Assembly: GCA_937904325.1 (NCBI GenBank)
Contig: CALGTK010000232.1
Span: forward strand, 1,172-65,171
DNA from: an uncultured Planctomyces sp.
GTDB lineage: Bacteria > Planctomycetota > Planctomycetia > Planctomycetales > Planctomycetaceae
DNA: 64,000 bases
Direction: 5' to 3'
How positions within the stretch are numbered: position 1 is the first letter of the stretch; every line of letters begins with the position of its first letter. Below, piece by piece: positions 40,804 to 51,434 of this stretch. Both the position numbers and the translations under genes were made by a program. Below the pieces are notes generated by a model, which ran no database searches, was not told the origin of the DNA, and worked only from the letters and a program-made list of their open reading frames with translations.

Positions 40804-41517
40804 ATGGCAAACGCCGCAGAAGTGGTCGATATTCACAAGTATTACGACCTCGGTGGTCACATCGTGAAAGCGCTGCAGGGCGTTTCACTGGAAGTGCCCG
40901 AGGGCGATTACATCGCAATTATGGGGTCATCCGGGAGCGGCAAGAGTACACTGCTGAACTTGCTTGGCGCACTCGACCGGCCGACCAAAGGTGAATACAT
41001 CATCGGGGGAACGCCGGTCTCGCAGCTAAACGACGACGAGCTGTCCGGCATCCGCAACAAGATGATCGGATTCATCTTTCAGTCGTACAACCTGGTCGCT
41101 CAGTACACCGTTCTTGAGAACATCGAAGTCCCGTTGCACTATCGCAAGGGGTCACCAGCCTTGTCGGCGAAGGATCGCGACTGGTGTCGAGAACTGGCTG
41201 CCATGGTCGGTCTGGACGACAGGATGACGCATCGGCCGTTTCAGCTTTCCGGCGGGCAGCAGCAGCGAGTCGCCATTGCCAGAGCTCTAGTCAGCGATCC
41301 AAAAATCATTCTGGCCGACGAGCCGACGGGGAATCTCGACTCGGCAACCGAAGCCGAGATTATGGAGATGCTCGGCCGACTGAACGCGGAAGGGCGAACC
41401 ATCATCATGGTGACTCACGAGCCCGAAGTCGCTCGTCAGGCCAAACGGCAGATTTATATGAAGGATGGCCTGATCGCCGGGACGGGCATGTTCCCCGGCC
41501 TGGAACCCGCTACCTGA
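40804..41517 (+). CDS. ABC transporter ATP-binding protein (MacB/LolD/FtsE-like)
   Basis: The motifs are Walker [10 protein letters not shown], the signature [15 protein letters not shown] and Walker [12 protein letters not shown]. No permease gene is adjacent. Confidence 0.93.
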   Translation: MANAAEVVDIHKYYDLGGHIVKALQGVSLEVPEGDYIAIMGSSGSGKSTLLNLLGALDRPTKGEYIIGGTPVSQLNDDELSGIRNKMIGFIFQSYNLVAQYTVLENIEVPLHYRKGSPALSAKDRDWCRELAAMVGLDDRMTHRPFQLSGGQQQRVAIARALVSDPKIILADEPTGNLDSATEAEIMEMLGRLNAEGRTIIMVTHEPEVARQAKRQIYMKDGLIAGTGMFPGLEPAT

Positions 41518-41830
41518 AAATGCAGCGTCTGGATTCTTCATAAACGCAGTCAACGCATCCAGGTTACTGAATCGTCAGAGCGAACGCAGTTACTTAGATG
41601 CTCGTTCATAGTGACGGATTCGGTTGGCGATTCGCAGGTCAATCAACCGAATGCTGACGTTACAATGTCCCCTCGGTAGACGAACAGCTCGTCGATCGGA
41701 CCTCGCAGAAACAAGACTCATTATTTTGAAATGCGATTCAGGCTGAGGGGTAGTCTTTCCCCTCGCTCGAAAAGTGTTTCATACAACGCGAACGGGCCGC
41801 CTTCATTTGCGGGCGTTCGTCGGAGTTGGA

Positions 41831-42925
41831 ATGTCTCGACTGCAACAACAAAACAATTTTCGGTATCCATTAATTGAAGCATCTGGTTCGCCGCGCGAGC
41901 TTGGTCTTCAACACGGCGAACAGGCTCGGCTTAAGATCGCTGGCTTTGTCGGCTGGATGTGCGAATCATTTAAATTACGCGAGCAGGATCTTGCCCGCCA
42001 GGCGCGCACCTTCAAACCTCTGCTGACCAGACATTGCTCGGAGCTGCTGGACGAAATCGCTGGCCTTGCAGAGGGAGCCGGAATCAAATTCGAGGCAGCG
42101 ATGGCCTGTCAACTTCGGGGCGAATTGATCGGCCGCTCGGCCGAGGCTTGCACAACTTTCGTGCTTGGGCCTGAAGGGACGACCAACGGCGAAGTGCTGA
42201 TCGGCCAGACCAGCGACATGAGCGACGAGATGCGAGACTTTGCTTACGTTCTGCATCTGCATCCGGAAGATCGCCCCGAAGTCATCATGTGGACGTTCGG
42301 AGGAATGCTCGGCTACCACGGGGTGAACGAGCACGGTGTCGCTCACTTTGCAAACTCGCTGGGCGGTGGTCCACGATGGCAGCCTGGACTTTCGCACTAC
42401 CCACTGAAACGCCAGATCCTTGAGCAGCAGACTCTTGGAGAAGTTCGAAACCTGATGCGTGGATACCCCGTTTGTTCGAGCGGGAATTACGTGCTTTGCG
42501 ATGGGACGGGTTCGATTCTCGACGTCGAGTTGACTGCAGACGGACCTGCAGAAATCACGGCCGGTGACGACGATTTCATCGCTCACTCGAATCATTTTCT
42601 TTGTGGTCCGCTCGCATGCTCCGAGAACGATGCGCTAAGCCTGCCGGATTCGTTTCCGCGGCTCGATCGGATAACCAGCCTGATCAGGCAACAGGCTGGC
42701 TCACACAACTTAGAAACGATGAAGTCGATCCTGGCGGACCATGACGGGCATCCCGTCAGCATTTGTCGGCATCCGCATGACGGCCCGGGAGATGCAATCC
42801 TCCCGAATTCCGGACGGACGGTCGCGGCGATTATTGCGGAGCCGAATCAAGGGAAATTCCACATTGCCAGTGGAAATCCCTGTGAGGCCCCGTTTGTCGA
42901 GTATCGACTCTCCCGACTGGCCTGA
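41831..42925 (+). CDS. Peptidase C45 / acyl-CoA:6-APA acyltransferase-like Ntn hydrolase
   Basis: The protein begins ASGSPRELGLQHGEQARLKI. The candidate nucleophile context is AEACTTFVL. It is 364 aa from the ATG at 41831. Confidence 0.75.
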   Translation: MSRLQQQNNFRYPLIEASGSPRELGLQHGEQARLKIAGFVGWMCESFKLREQDLARQARTFKPLLTRHCSELLDEIAGLAEGAGIKFEAAMACQLRGELIGRSAEACTTFVLGPEGTTNGEVLIGQTSDMSDEMRDFAYVLHLHPEDRPEVIMWTFGGMLGYHGVNEHGVAHFANSLGGGPRWQPGLSHYPLKRQILEQQTLGEVRNLMRGYPVCSSGNYVLCDGTGSILDVELTADGPAEITAGDDDFIAHSNHFLCGPLACSENDALSLPDSFPRLDRITSLIRQQAGSHNLETMKSILADHDGHPVSICRHPHDGPGDAILPNSGRTVAAIIAEPNQGKFHIASGNPCEAPFVEYRLSRLA

Positions 42926-43172
42926 TCCTGTGAGCGGGCTTCAAAAGTGCGAATCTACAGGACAAATGTTCGTTCAGATGATGGCCCGATTTGTTCGAGC
43001 ATTGTTGAATGCCATGTCAAGGCCTCAGAACTCGTTAAGGTAGCTGGAAAGCGGCCGAATCGGCTGGTAGTTTAGCCACCTTAATCGCGACGAGTTCGTC
43101 CTCGGAAACCATTCCGAATGCTCGGTTCGAACACGCGGTAGCCAATGCTGCACAGCCCGCGCAAGAGTAATC

Positions 43173-46100
43173 ATGTCAAGAATCAGTGCCGAATCATTCC
43201 TCAGTCTGATCCAGCAAAGCGGTCTCGTTGAGCCAGATCGGCTGCAACGTGAAGTTGACGATCTGGAGGACCAGGGCCTCAATGTTGCCGAAGCGTCTCT
43301 GCTGGCTGATTCTCTGATCAAGCGAGATCTGCTCACCGAGTGGCAGGCTGAAAAGCTGCTCCGAGGCAAACACAAAGGTTTTACGCTGGGCAAGTATCGG
43401 CTGCGCCGACTGCTTGGCAAAGGAGGCATGAGTTCGGTGTACCTGGCCGAGCACGTTTTGATGCGACGTCAGTGCGCGATTAAAGTTCTGCCAATCAATA
43501 AAGTTAAGGGCACGTCGTACCTCGCAAGATTTCATCGAGAAGCTCGCGCCGTTGCGTCGCTCGATCATCCAAACATCGTCCGCGCGTACGACATTGATCA
43601 TGAAACGGAAGGTGAAAAGGACATTCACTTCCTGGTGATGGAGTATGTCGACGGTGAAAGCCTGCACGAGCACATCAAGGAGAAGGGGCCGCTGACGCTG
43701 GATAATACCGCCGAGTTCTTCAGGCAGGCGGCGCTCGGCCTGGACAACGCTCACAAGAATGGATTGATCCATCGCGATGTGAAGCCAGGAAACCTGCTCA
43801 TCGATCGCTCCGAAGTCGTCAAGGTTCTGGATCTTGGCCTGGCAAGATTTTCAGAAGTGACTGATGACAACCCGCTCACATTGACACATGAAGAAAAAAT
43901 TCTGGGAACTGCCGACTACCTCGCACCCGAGCAGGCTCTGGACAGTCACACCGCCGACCATCGAGCAGACATTTATGGATTGGGATGCACCGCCTACTTC
44001 GCGCTGACCGGTTACCCCCCGTTTCGAGAAGGCACACTGACGCAACGCTTGATGTTTCATCAGACCAAAGAGCCACCAGCCATCGCGGGGGAGCGTCCAG
44101 AACTAGGCAACACTCCACGTGGTGTCGAACTGGCAGGAATCGTCGGCCAGATGATGGCCAAGAAGCCAGACGAACGATTCCAGACAATGGCCGACGTCGC
44201 CAAAGCACTCGCTCGATGGCTGAAGATTTATGCGACTCCCGACTGGCGAGACGCTCATCCCGATGCGTTCCTGAAGTCAGACGCAGCGACATCTGGTGGA
44301 GCAGTTCCCGTCGCGAAGGCTGTCGCCGTTGCCAGAGTGATTGCTCCAGAAATAGCTGCTCCGGCAACTGCAGTAGCTACCGGCGGCGACACGCTGCTTC
44401 AAACTACATCAGAAGAACCCGCTGACGTTGCGCCGCCCACATCGCCACCCGTAAATGAGTCCGACGTTAGCCCCACAGCGGCCGAAACATCGCCAGTTAA
44501 CACGAACGTTAACGACGGCGTCGACCCAGGCTTCGGAGCGTTTCTTGCGAGCATGGATGGCGAAAGCGAATCACCCACTCCAGCCATCACAGAGTCCGAT
44601 GCAACTTCGGAATCCGCTCCTGTCAGCGATGCTCCAACTGATCCACCGATCGCAGTTCCAATTGAAGAAGTTCTCTCACCGACTCCTGCCGCGCAACCAG
44701 TTGACGCCGTGGCTCCTGAAGCTGAGCCAGTTATTGCCGATGAAGTCGTGTCTGAGCCAACCTCAGAACAACCCGTTGCAGAGTTACCAGTCGCCCCGCA
44801 AGTTGCTGAGCCAATTGCCCCCCCAGAACCAGCTCCTGACGTCGCCGCTGCGATTCCTGTCGAAGCGGACGCCGGAGATATTGAGCCAGCGGAGCCTTCC
44901 GCCGTTGCAACGGAAGATGACGGTCTACAGGGATGGGATGACGAAGAACCGGCTGGCGAACCGCTCGCCGACTTTGATCCATCGGTTTTACATACTCCGA
45001 GCCGCGATGACGATGAAGAATATCCGAGTTTGCTTGGAGGCACTCCGACCGGGCAGTGGATTCAAGGACTGAACGATCCGGCTGACGCGACGCAGTCAGC
45101 AATGGAGCAGACTCAAGATTATCTGCCGTCCGGAAACACACCTGCTGAAATTTCATCGGACGCGACACTGTTAAATCCGGTCGAGCCAGTCAGCAAAGCG
45201 AATCACGATCTCGTCCCAGAAGCAGCACCGGCTGCTGCCACTGAGCCTGAGCAATTTTCTTTCGAGCCAGCGCCACCAGCCGCTCCTGTTTTTCCGAGTG
45301 CTACGGTTGTTGACGAGGCAGCACCTCAGTTTGCAGAGCAACCTTTCGCGCCAGCTCCTCCCGAGACTCCGGTCTTCCCTGGCATTGACGCAGGGGCTCC
45401 CGTTTTTGATCCAGCAGCTCCGGCAGTACAACCCGCATTTGGTGCTAAACAACCATTTGCTGAACCAGCCCAGCCTGCATTTCCAGGTGAAGCTCCGACA
45501 TTCAGCGAGCCGCAGCCGGCTCCTGGGCAGTACTCTGGTGCAGGTCATACTCCAGCGGCAGCGGCGACAAAGAATAAACATCCAATCGCGATTATCGCTG
45601 GCGTTGTCATCGCTCTGCTGGCAGGTGGTGCAGGCTACTACGCCTTCACTGGCGGAGGCGACGACAAGCCAAAGTCAAAGACAACGGCGGCGGATGAGTC
45701 GAAGTCGTCGTCGAAGGGGACAAAGGGAAGTTCCAAGTCCAGGGCGGGCGGCGGAAGCAACGGCAAAATTCTGGGGCCACTGGTCAAAGTAGGACCGGGT
45801 GGTAACTTCTCGACAATCGGCGCAGCTCTGAATTATCTGAAGGAGAACAAATCGCGATACGACACTGGCTCGCGCCGCACCAGCTGCAAAGTTGAAGTGA
45901 TCGGCGGCGAGACTTACAACGAAGCCATCGTCGTGGACAATTCCGGTAATGCTTATCCACCAGGAATCCTGCTCGTTTCTGCTGGCGTTGGTCGCGCGAA
46001 ACTGGCGCCGTCAGGAAGCGGACCGGCGATCAAACTGGTCGGCATCGAAAACTTTGGGATTCACGGCTTCGACGTTGACGCCTCAGGCAAAGATGTCGCG

Positions 46101-46880
46101 ATTGAGATGTCAGGGTACCTGAATCGAAGCAACCTGAAAGACCTGAAAGTATCTGGTTATGCGAAAGTCGGCATTGCGATGAAAGGGGCCGTCGGCTTCA
46201 GCAACGACGAGATTATTCTTGAGAAGATCGACCTTCGCGGAGCTGGTGGAACAACCGCTGGCATCCACCTCACACAAGGCGAGAATAGCGCGAGCCGGAT
46301 CAAAATCCTCAACTGTCGATTAATCGGACCTCAGGATAATGGGCTGCTCATTGAGTCCGACGTGATGTACATCGAAATGCGAGAAAACATCATTGCTGAC
46401 GCTGGAGTCGGGATTTCATTTCCCAACGGCCCACTGACGCTGAAAGACGTTCAGATCCTCAACACAACCTTCTATAAGTGCAGTCGTGGTGGAATCACTC
46501 TCGGCCAGATGCCGACTCCCCCCGGCGGCATTTCCGGGTCTGGCGGTCTGGCAATCACCCGGAACCTGTTTGCTCAGGTGAACGGCCCCGAGTTGCTGAT
46601 CGAAAATGATTTTGACGACAAGAAATTCGATCGCTACTTTTCAGCCGACGGCGGCGGCGTTGACCAGAACTGGTCCGATCGGCAGCAGGCTGCTGATATC
46701 ACAGCCGGGCAACGAGACATCGTCCACCGCGAAAACCAGCGAGTACCGACGATTCAGTTCTCATCGACTGACAGCGACAGTGACGACTTCCTGCGACTGG
46801 AGAAGAATACACCATACTCTCAAGTCGGCGGCGCGCGGCTGAAAACAAAACCGTATATCGGAGCTCGACCCGCTGAATAA
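43173..46880 (+). CDS. Ser/Thr protein kinase with long Pro/Ala/Glu-rich linker, one TM helix and C-terminal parallel beta-helix domain
   Basis: The Hanks kinase motifs are GKGGMSSVY, AIKVL, HRDVKPGNLL, DLGLA and GTADYLAPE. A low-complexity stretch spans roughly 44370-45580, and a TM segment (IAIIAGVVIALLAGGAGYYAF) lies near 45585. Beta-helix-like repeats (IHGFDVDASG..., ILNCRLIG...) fill the last 400 aa or so. Confidence 0.9.
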   Translation: MSRISAESFLSLIQQSGLVEPDRLQREVDDLEDQGLNVAEASLLADSLIKRDLLTEWQAEKLLRGKHKGFTLGKYRLRRLLGKGGMSSVYLAEHVLMRRQCAIKVLPINKVKGTSYLARFHREARAVASLDHPNIVRAYDIDHETEGEKDIHFLVMEYVDGESLHEHIKEKGPLTLDNTAEFFRQAALGLDNAHKNGLIHRDVKPGNLLIDRSEVVKVLDLGLARFSEVTDDNPLTLTHEEKILGTADYLAPEQALDSHTADHRADIYGLGCTAYFALTGYPPFREGTLTQRLMFHQTKEPPAIAGERPELGNTPRGVELAGIVGQMMAKKPDERFQTMADVAKALARWLKIYATPDWRDAHPDAFLKSDAATSGGAVPVAKAVAVARVIAPEIAAPATAVATGGDTLLQTTSEEPADVAPPTSPPVNESDVSPTAAETSPVNTNVNDGVDPGFGAFLASMDGESESPTPAITESDATSESAPVSDAPTDPPIAVPIEEVLSPTPAAQPVDAVAPEAEPVIADEVVSEPTSEQPVAELPVAPQVAEPIAPPEPAPDVAAAIPVEADAGDIEPAEPSAVATEDDGLQGWDDEEPAGEPLADFDPSVLHTPSRDDDEEYPSLLGGTPTGQWIQGLNDPADATQSAMEQTQDYLPSGNTPAEISSDATLLNPVEPVSKANHDLVPEAAPAAATEPEQFSFEPAPPAAPVFPSATVVDEAAPQFAEQPFAPAPPETPVFPGIDAGAPVFDPAAPAVQPAFGAKQPFAEPAQPAFPGEAPTFSEPQPAPGQYSGAGHTPAAAATKNKHPIAIIAGVVIALLAGGAGYYAFTGGGDDKPKSKTTAADESKSSSKGTKGSSKSRAGGGSNGKILGPLVKVGPGGNFSTIGAALNYLKENKSRYDTGSRRTSCKVEVIGGETYNEAIVVDNSGNAYPPGILLVSAGVGRAKLAPSGSGPAIKLVGIENFGIHGFDVDASGKDVAIEMSGYLNRSNLKDLKVSGYAKVGIAMKGAVGFSNDEIILEKIDLRGAGGTTAGIHLTQGENSASRIKILNCRLIGPQDNGLLIESDVMYIEMRENIIADAGVGISFPNGPLTLKDVQILNTTFYKCSRGGITLGQMPTPPGGISGSGGLAITRNLFAQVNGPELLIENDFDDKKFDRYFSADGGGVDQNWSDRQQAADITAGQRDIVHRENQRVPTIQFSSTDSDSDDFLRLEKNTPYSQVGGARLKTKPYIGARPAE

Positions 46881-46911
46881 GTCTTTGCGTTGTCACGAGT
46901 GAATTCCAGCC

Positions 46912-46958
46912 GAAGCCGGAAGACTTTATAACCTCAAGTCTTCCGGCTTCTTTATTTT
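46912..46958 (+). terminator. Strong rho-independent terminator after the kinase gene
   Basis: The perfect 15-bp stem is GAAGCCGGAAGACTT / AAGTCTTCCGGCTTC with a 9-nt loop, followed by TTTATTTT. Confidence 0.88.
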
Positions 46959-46973
46959 GAAAGACAAAACACC

Positions 46974-48548
46974 ATGCTGCACAATGTTCTGATCAATGGC
47001 GAATGGCGAGCTTCCTCTGGCACGAAAACGTTTAACGCGGTGAACCCCGCGACATGCGAGCCTATTGCCGGCGACTATCCGGTCAGTCCGTGGGAAGAAG
47101 TCGAGCAAGCAATCGCAGCTTCGGCAGCGGCTTCGCGAGAAATGCGAGGTTGGCCCGGCGAACGATTTGCTGCGTTCCTTGAAAATTTTGCCGATCGAAT
47201 CGAAGCCCGAGCCGACGAACTCGTCGCCACAGCGAACCTGGAAACAGCGTTGCCGGTTTCTCCGCGGTTGAAAGATGGCGAGCTTCCTCGAACAACCGAT
47301 CAGCTAAGACAAGCGGCAGCGGCCGCTCGCGAAGGTTCGTGGGCGATGCCGACGATCGACACGAAGGCAAACATACGGTCGATGCATGGTTCAATCGGAC
47401 CCGTGGCGGTCTTTGGTCCCAACAATTTTCCGTTCGCATTTAACAGTGTGGCTGGCGGAGATTTTGCAGCAGCCGTGGCAGCGGGGAATCCGGTTATTGC
47501 AAAAGGACACTCGTCTCATCCAGGAACGACACGGTTGTTGACTGAGGAAGCTTTCGCCGCTGCCCAGGAAACAAATATGCCGGCGGGTTTTGTGCAACTG
47601 ATTTATCGAACGAGCCACGACGACGGCTGCAAATTTGTCGGACACGCCGACGTCGGAGCAATCGGTTACACCGGTTCAAGGTCCGCCGGCCTCCGATTGA
47701 AGGAGGCCGCTGACAAATCCGGGAACCCGATTTATCTGGAACTGTCCAGTATCAATCCTGTTTTCATTCTGCCGGGCGCTCTCGCAGAACGATCAGAAGA
47801 AATCGCCGGTGAGTTCTCAGGCAGTTGCCTGATGGGGACCGGCCAGTTCTGCACAAACCCAGGCATGGTCGTTCTGCTCGCAGGCGAAAACACGGACGCC
47901 TTTGTTGCGGGTGTCTCTGAAAAATTTTCCGCCGCGCCAGTCGGGACATTTCTCAGCGAGGCAGTGCAGAAAAGTTTCCTGTCAGGCATTTCTGCTTTGA
48001 AAGATGCCGGTGCCGAGCTGATTACTGGAGGAGAAGCCGGCGGCGGTTGCGGCTTTTCCTGCCAGAACACGCTGTTGAAAGTCGACGGTGCCAGTTTTCT
48101 GGAAAACCCCGAAGCCCTGCAGGCTGAAGCGTTCGGCAACGGATCTTTGTTTGTGATCGCGGCAGACACCGCTCAGGCCGAACAAATCGCCGAGTCGCTC
48201 GAAGGGAACCTGACCGGCTGTATCTACAGTGCAACAGACGGTTCAGACGACACAATTTACGATCAGATCGCTCCCGCACTTCGCACGAAAGTTGGACGGC
48301 TGCTGGACGACAAGATGCCGACCGGTGTTGCCGTTTCACCCGCCATGAACCACGGTGGGCCGTTTCCAGCAACGGGACACCCGGTCTTCACTGCCGTGGG
48401 CATGCCTCAGTCAATCTACCGATATTCGATGCTGCAATCGTACGACGGAATCCGTTCTCATCGATTGCCCGCCAGCCTGTGTGATAGTACTACGAATGAA
48501 ACATGCTGGCGGTATGTGGACGGTAGCTGGAGGCAGGGAAGCTTGTAG
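46974..48548 (+). CDS. NAD(P)-dependent aldehyde dehydrogenase (2,5-dioxovalerate/ketoglutarate-semialdehyde dehydrogenase-like)
   Basis: The ORF is 524 aa. It contains YLELSSINP (catalytic Glu) and GQFCTNPG (catalytic Cys), and its length is typical of this ALDH subgroup. Confidence 0.88.
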   Translation: MLHNVLINGEWRASSGTKTFNAVNPATCEPIAGDYPVSPWEEVEQAIAASAAASREMRGWPGERFAAFLENFADRIEARADELVATANLETALPVSPRLKDGELPRTTDQLRQAAAAAREGSWAMPTIDTKANIRSMHGSIGPVAVFGPNNFPFAFNSVAGGDFAAAVAAGNPVIAKGHSSHPGTTRLLTEEAFAAAQETNMPAGFVQLIYRTSHDDGCKFVGHADVGAIGYTGSRSAGLRLKEAADKSGNPIYLELSSINPVFILPGALAERSEEIAGEFSGSCLMGTGQFCTNPGMVVLLAGENTDAFVAGVSEKFSAAPVGTFLSEAVQKSFLSGISALKDAGAELITGGEAGGGCGFSCQNTLLKVDGASFLENPEALQAEAFGNGSLFVIAADTAQAEQIAESLEGNLTGCIYSATDGSDDTIYDQIAPALRTKVGRLLDDKMPTGVAVSPAMNHGGPFPATGHPVFTAVGMPQSIYRYSMLQSYDGIRSHRLPASLCDSTTNETCWRYVDGSWRQGSL

Positions 48549-48605
48549 CGATCTGCCGACTTTTGACGCAAACCGTCGTCCGTCTTCGGTTGCTCAACGA
48601 ACCAA

Positions 48606-50096
48606 TCACGGAAGGCTGCGCGCGGATGTCCCAGAGCGGCTACGGAAACCGCGAGCGGCGGAAACAGGTTCGCTGGTCAACGCCACCACGTATCTCGACT
48701 TACCGGAGATGATCTCGACTGACGCATCTGTAGTGTTGATGTGACAGTAGCGGTCCGGGATGTCAAACGTAGCCGCTGACACGTCGACTGGTTCCTCATG
48801 CGTAGAATAATTTCCGCTGACTTCCGACAACGGCCGAACAGTGGCCAGATACAAACCAGGTTTCAGCTCGCCGTCGAGCGTCACCACCCGAAAGTTTCCG
48901 TTTCCATCAGAAACTCCCATCGCCGAGTCGCCAGTACTCGCTCCAGTCAACTGAATGAGGGCTTCGGATACAGGCTGACCATCCACCGTCACAACGCCGC
49001 TCATTGCCGTCTGTGACCAGGAACGAAACCAACCGAAGGCGAGAAAGCCGACGACGACGATAGCTGCTCCCCATTTCGCCGCTCGACGCGGGTCAATTTT
49101 TTCGATCGTGGCAGCTACTTCACTTACAAAGTAGTACGGAGCAAACGCGATCCACAGAATTCCGGCGGCTCGATGTTTCGCTTTCGAATCTACTTTGGAA
49201 TCAATCTGCAAACCTGTTGGCTCAGCGGCCTGACAGTGAAATCCAACCGCCGCTGCCGTCGACCATTGCTCACCCTCTTCTAACCTGACGGGAGTATCCG
49301 ACAGAATTGAGCCATCATCAGCTAATTCCTGAATGGCCTGCCTTGGCAGTGGGCCAACCTCTTCGTCGCCTCGCATAATGAAAAACTGTGGAGCAAACGG
49401 CACGTTGGCTGCAGCAAGTTTCTTCGTCGAGTCACTGGTCGCGTCAGATGGAGTCGTGCTTTGTGATTCCTTCGTGTCAAGAGAATCTTCAGCCGTGTCA
49501 GACTCTTGCTGGACACGGCGCCGCCGAGGCACGAAATCGACGGGGGCGGCTGGAGAATCGTCACACAACAAACCATCACCGCCGGATTGCGTCAGCACGT
49601 CACGAAGAACTTGCCACACCGACTCGTGTGCTCTTTGAACTTCATCGTCGAGCCGAATTTCACCGCGACTGATCATCGTTTGAAGCTCGTCCCAGTCCAG
49701 CGGTCCGAGGTTCATTCCACTCATTCTGACAACCCAGCGGCTCAAGTGTGGAGCAACAGGTTCAACCTCTGAAACTGCCTGCGCCTGTGCTGCGGCGGCA
49801 AATTCAGAATCGGAGTCGTCTCCCGTCAACCGAAACCGCAGTAACGCGATGCCTAACTCGTCACCGACGGAAATAGTAGCTTCGCGTACCGCCGCACCGT
49901 TTACGGTCACGCCGCAATCGGTCAGCGCGAGCACTCGAACGCCTTGTTCATCAAGCGTCAGCTCGCAGTGCACATCTGCGATGTCCGGGGCCGTCAGGCA
50001 GATGTCGGACTTCCACTCGGAGCTACCGACAAAGATGGATTCCCGATCGAGCGGGAATCGTTGTAAGCGATCAGCCGATTCCAGAATCATCACCAT
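48606..50096 (-). CDS. FHA domain + two GYF_2-like domains + TM region + carboxypeptidase-regulatory-like domain protein
   Basis: The N-terminal FHA domain reads FPLDRESIFVGSS...DIADVHCELT...VNGAAV. The two GYF_2 units read RMSGMNLGPLDWDELQTMISRGEI and MRGDEEVGPLPRQAIQELADDGSI. Two hydrophobic helices follow. The C-terminus reads GVVTVDGQPVSEALIQL...SDGNGNFRV. Confidence 0.8.
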   Translation of the reverse strand: MVMILESADRLQRFPLDRESIFVGSSEWKSDICLTAPDIADVHCELTLDEQGVRVLALTDCGVTVNGAAVREATISVGDELGIALLRFRLTGDDSDSEFAAAAQAQAVSEVEPVAPHLSRWVVRMSGMNLGPLDWDELQTMISRGEIRLDDEVQRAHESVWQVLRDVLTQSGGDGLLCDDSPAAPVDFVPRRRRVQQESDTAEDSLDTKESQSTTPSDATSDSTKKLAAANVPFAPQFFIMRGDEEVGPLPRQAIQELADDGSILSDTPVRLEEGEQWSTAAAVGFHCQAAEPTGLQIDSKVDSKAKHRAAGILWIAFAPYYFVSEVAATIEKIDPRRAAKWGAAIVVVGFLAFGWFRSWSQTAMSGVVTVDGQPVSEALIQLTGASTGDSAMGVSDGNGNFRVVTLDGELKPGLYLATVRPLSEVSGNYSTHEEPVDVSAATFDIPDRYCHINTTDASVEIISGKSRYVVALTSEPVSAARGFRSRSGTSARSLP

Positions 50097-50135
50097 GCTG
50101 CGTACCGATTCGTCAATTTCGAAGATCGTTGATGA

Positions 50136-51215
50136 CTACTCGAAAGAGACACCTTTCACTACGGCCCCGTCGTGGCGATCGCTGAAGGCCATCAGCACAC
50201 CAAAGTCCAGATTCTCATTCAAAAATCGCACGCCCCCATCGGCGAACAGGACGTTCGCTCCTCCCGGATGTGCCGACATGATCGGCGTGTGAGCTCCGCC
50301 GGAAACAACGGTCGTGTCGCCAGTTGCCGGTGCGGAACCATTGAGATTAATCCCGTAACGCACAGTCGTGACGTTGTAGACGTTATGGCAGGAATTCGTC
50401 GGACCGCCCGGCACAATCGCCGATGGATGATTCGTCCCGGCCCACACACTGCCGGAATACGAACTGCGAATCGCCTCGTCGGTCACCAGTTCGACCACCG
50501 GAGTCCCGCTACTGACATCGATGGTCGGGTATTGAGCTGTCGACTGCTCGGCCACAAGCAACGTATTCGTCGTACCGTCTGAGATGTCGCGAAATGAGAC
50601 TGACTCATTCTCGAGTAGAAGCCCGTTGCGACCAAGAATCGCGTGACTGTTATTACCACACTTCCCGACAACTTCCGCATCCGCGTTCACTGCCGTTCCT
50701 CGGAAGGCCGCCCCGGAAATTCCGACGTAAGTTGTCGTCATTAGATTGTGCTGCAGCCCGCTTGCGGCCGGGATGTATTCCGACATCGAAGCCGACGGGC
50801 ACCAGTAAACCTCAACATAGAGGTCATCCAGGATCGTGCCGTTCGGATTGCCTGAGTAATCCGTTGCAGCGATCCCACCCGGCGCTTCGTGAATCAATCT
50901 CTTGTACGCGTTCGCCTGGTCGATCCAGGGAAGAATTGCCACAAAGAACGAGCTGCCTCGAATTGCTGGATCAGCGTTGCTGCCGTCCGGAGTCGGCGCA
51001 TAAGCCGCTCCGATCGGAAATGATCCGTGTACATTGTGATACTCATGCAGCGCCAACCCGATCTGTTTGATCCGATTCTTGCACTGAGTGCGCCTCGCGG
51101 CTTCGCGAGCATTCTGAACGGCCGGCAACAGCAACGATGCCAGCACAGAAATGATCGCAATAACGACCAGCAGTTCGATCAGCGTGAATCCCCGGCGACG
51201 GCGAGTAGCCCTCAT
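50136..51215 (-). CDS. DUF1559 family protein with prepilin-type N-terminal cleavage/methylation domain
   Basis: The sequence [54 protein letters not shown] and the C-terminal [17 protein letters not shown] are both hallmarks of planctomycetal DUF1559 proteins. Confidence 0.92.
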   Translation of the reverse strand: MRATRRRRGFTLIELLVVIAIISVLASLLLPAVQNAREAARRTQCKNRIKQIGLALHEYHNVHGSFPIGAAYAPTPDGSNADPAIRGSSFFVAILPWIDQANAYKRLIHEAPGGIAATDYSGNPNGTILDDLYVEVYWCPSASMSEYIPAASGLQHNLMTTTYVGISGAAFRGTAVNADAEVVGKCGNNSHAILGRNGLLLENESVSFRDISDGTTNTLLVAEQSTAQYPTIDVSSGTPVVELVTDEAIRSSYSGSVWAGTNHPSAIVPGGPTNSCHNVYNVTTVRYGINLNGSAPATGDTTVVSGGAHTPIMSAHPGGANVLFADGGVRFLNENLDFGVLMAFSDRHDGAVVKGVSFE

Positions 51216-51434
51216 TCTGAATTCTCCCCGATAGTTCGTCTCAGTGCCTGATCATTTCTCCCGCCGAATGGGAAAAAGTTACCTGCAACATCCGGCTCTT
51301 CCACACCGGACATCGTCCAATTCTCACAAAACGAGAACTGACGACGACTATCAACAGACAATTCAGTTCCAGCAGAATGGAGGGAACGTACGAACGGCAG
51401 CAAACAGGCTCAGTAGCTCCTCACCGGGAATTCA

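Noticed and set aside
44399-45581. Several 130-215-aa ORFs on both strands within the kinase linker, and the possibility of a repeat array or CRISPR there
   Set aside because: They arise from Pro/Ala/Glu-rich low-complexity coding DNA. There are no regularly spaced identical repeats or spacers. The kinase frame is continuous through the region.
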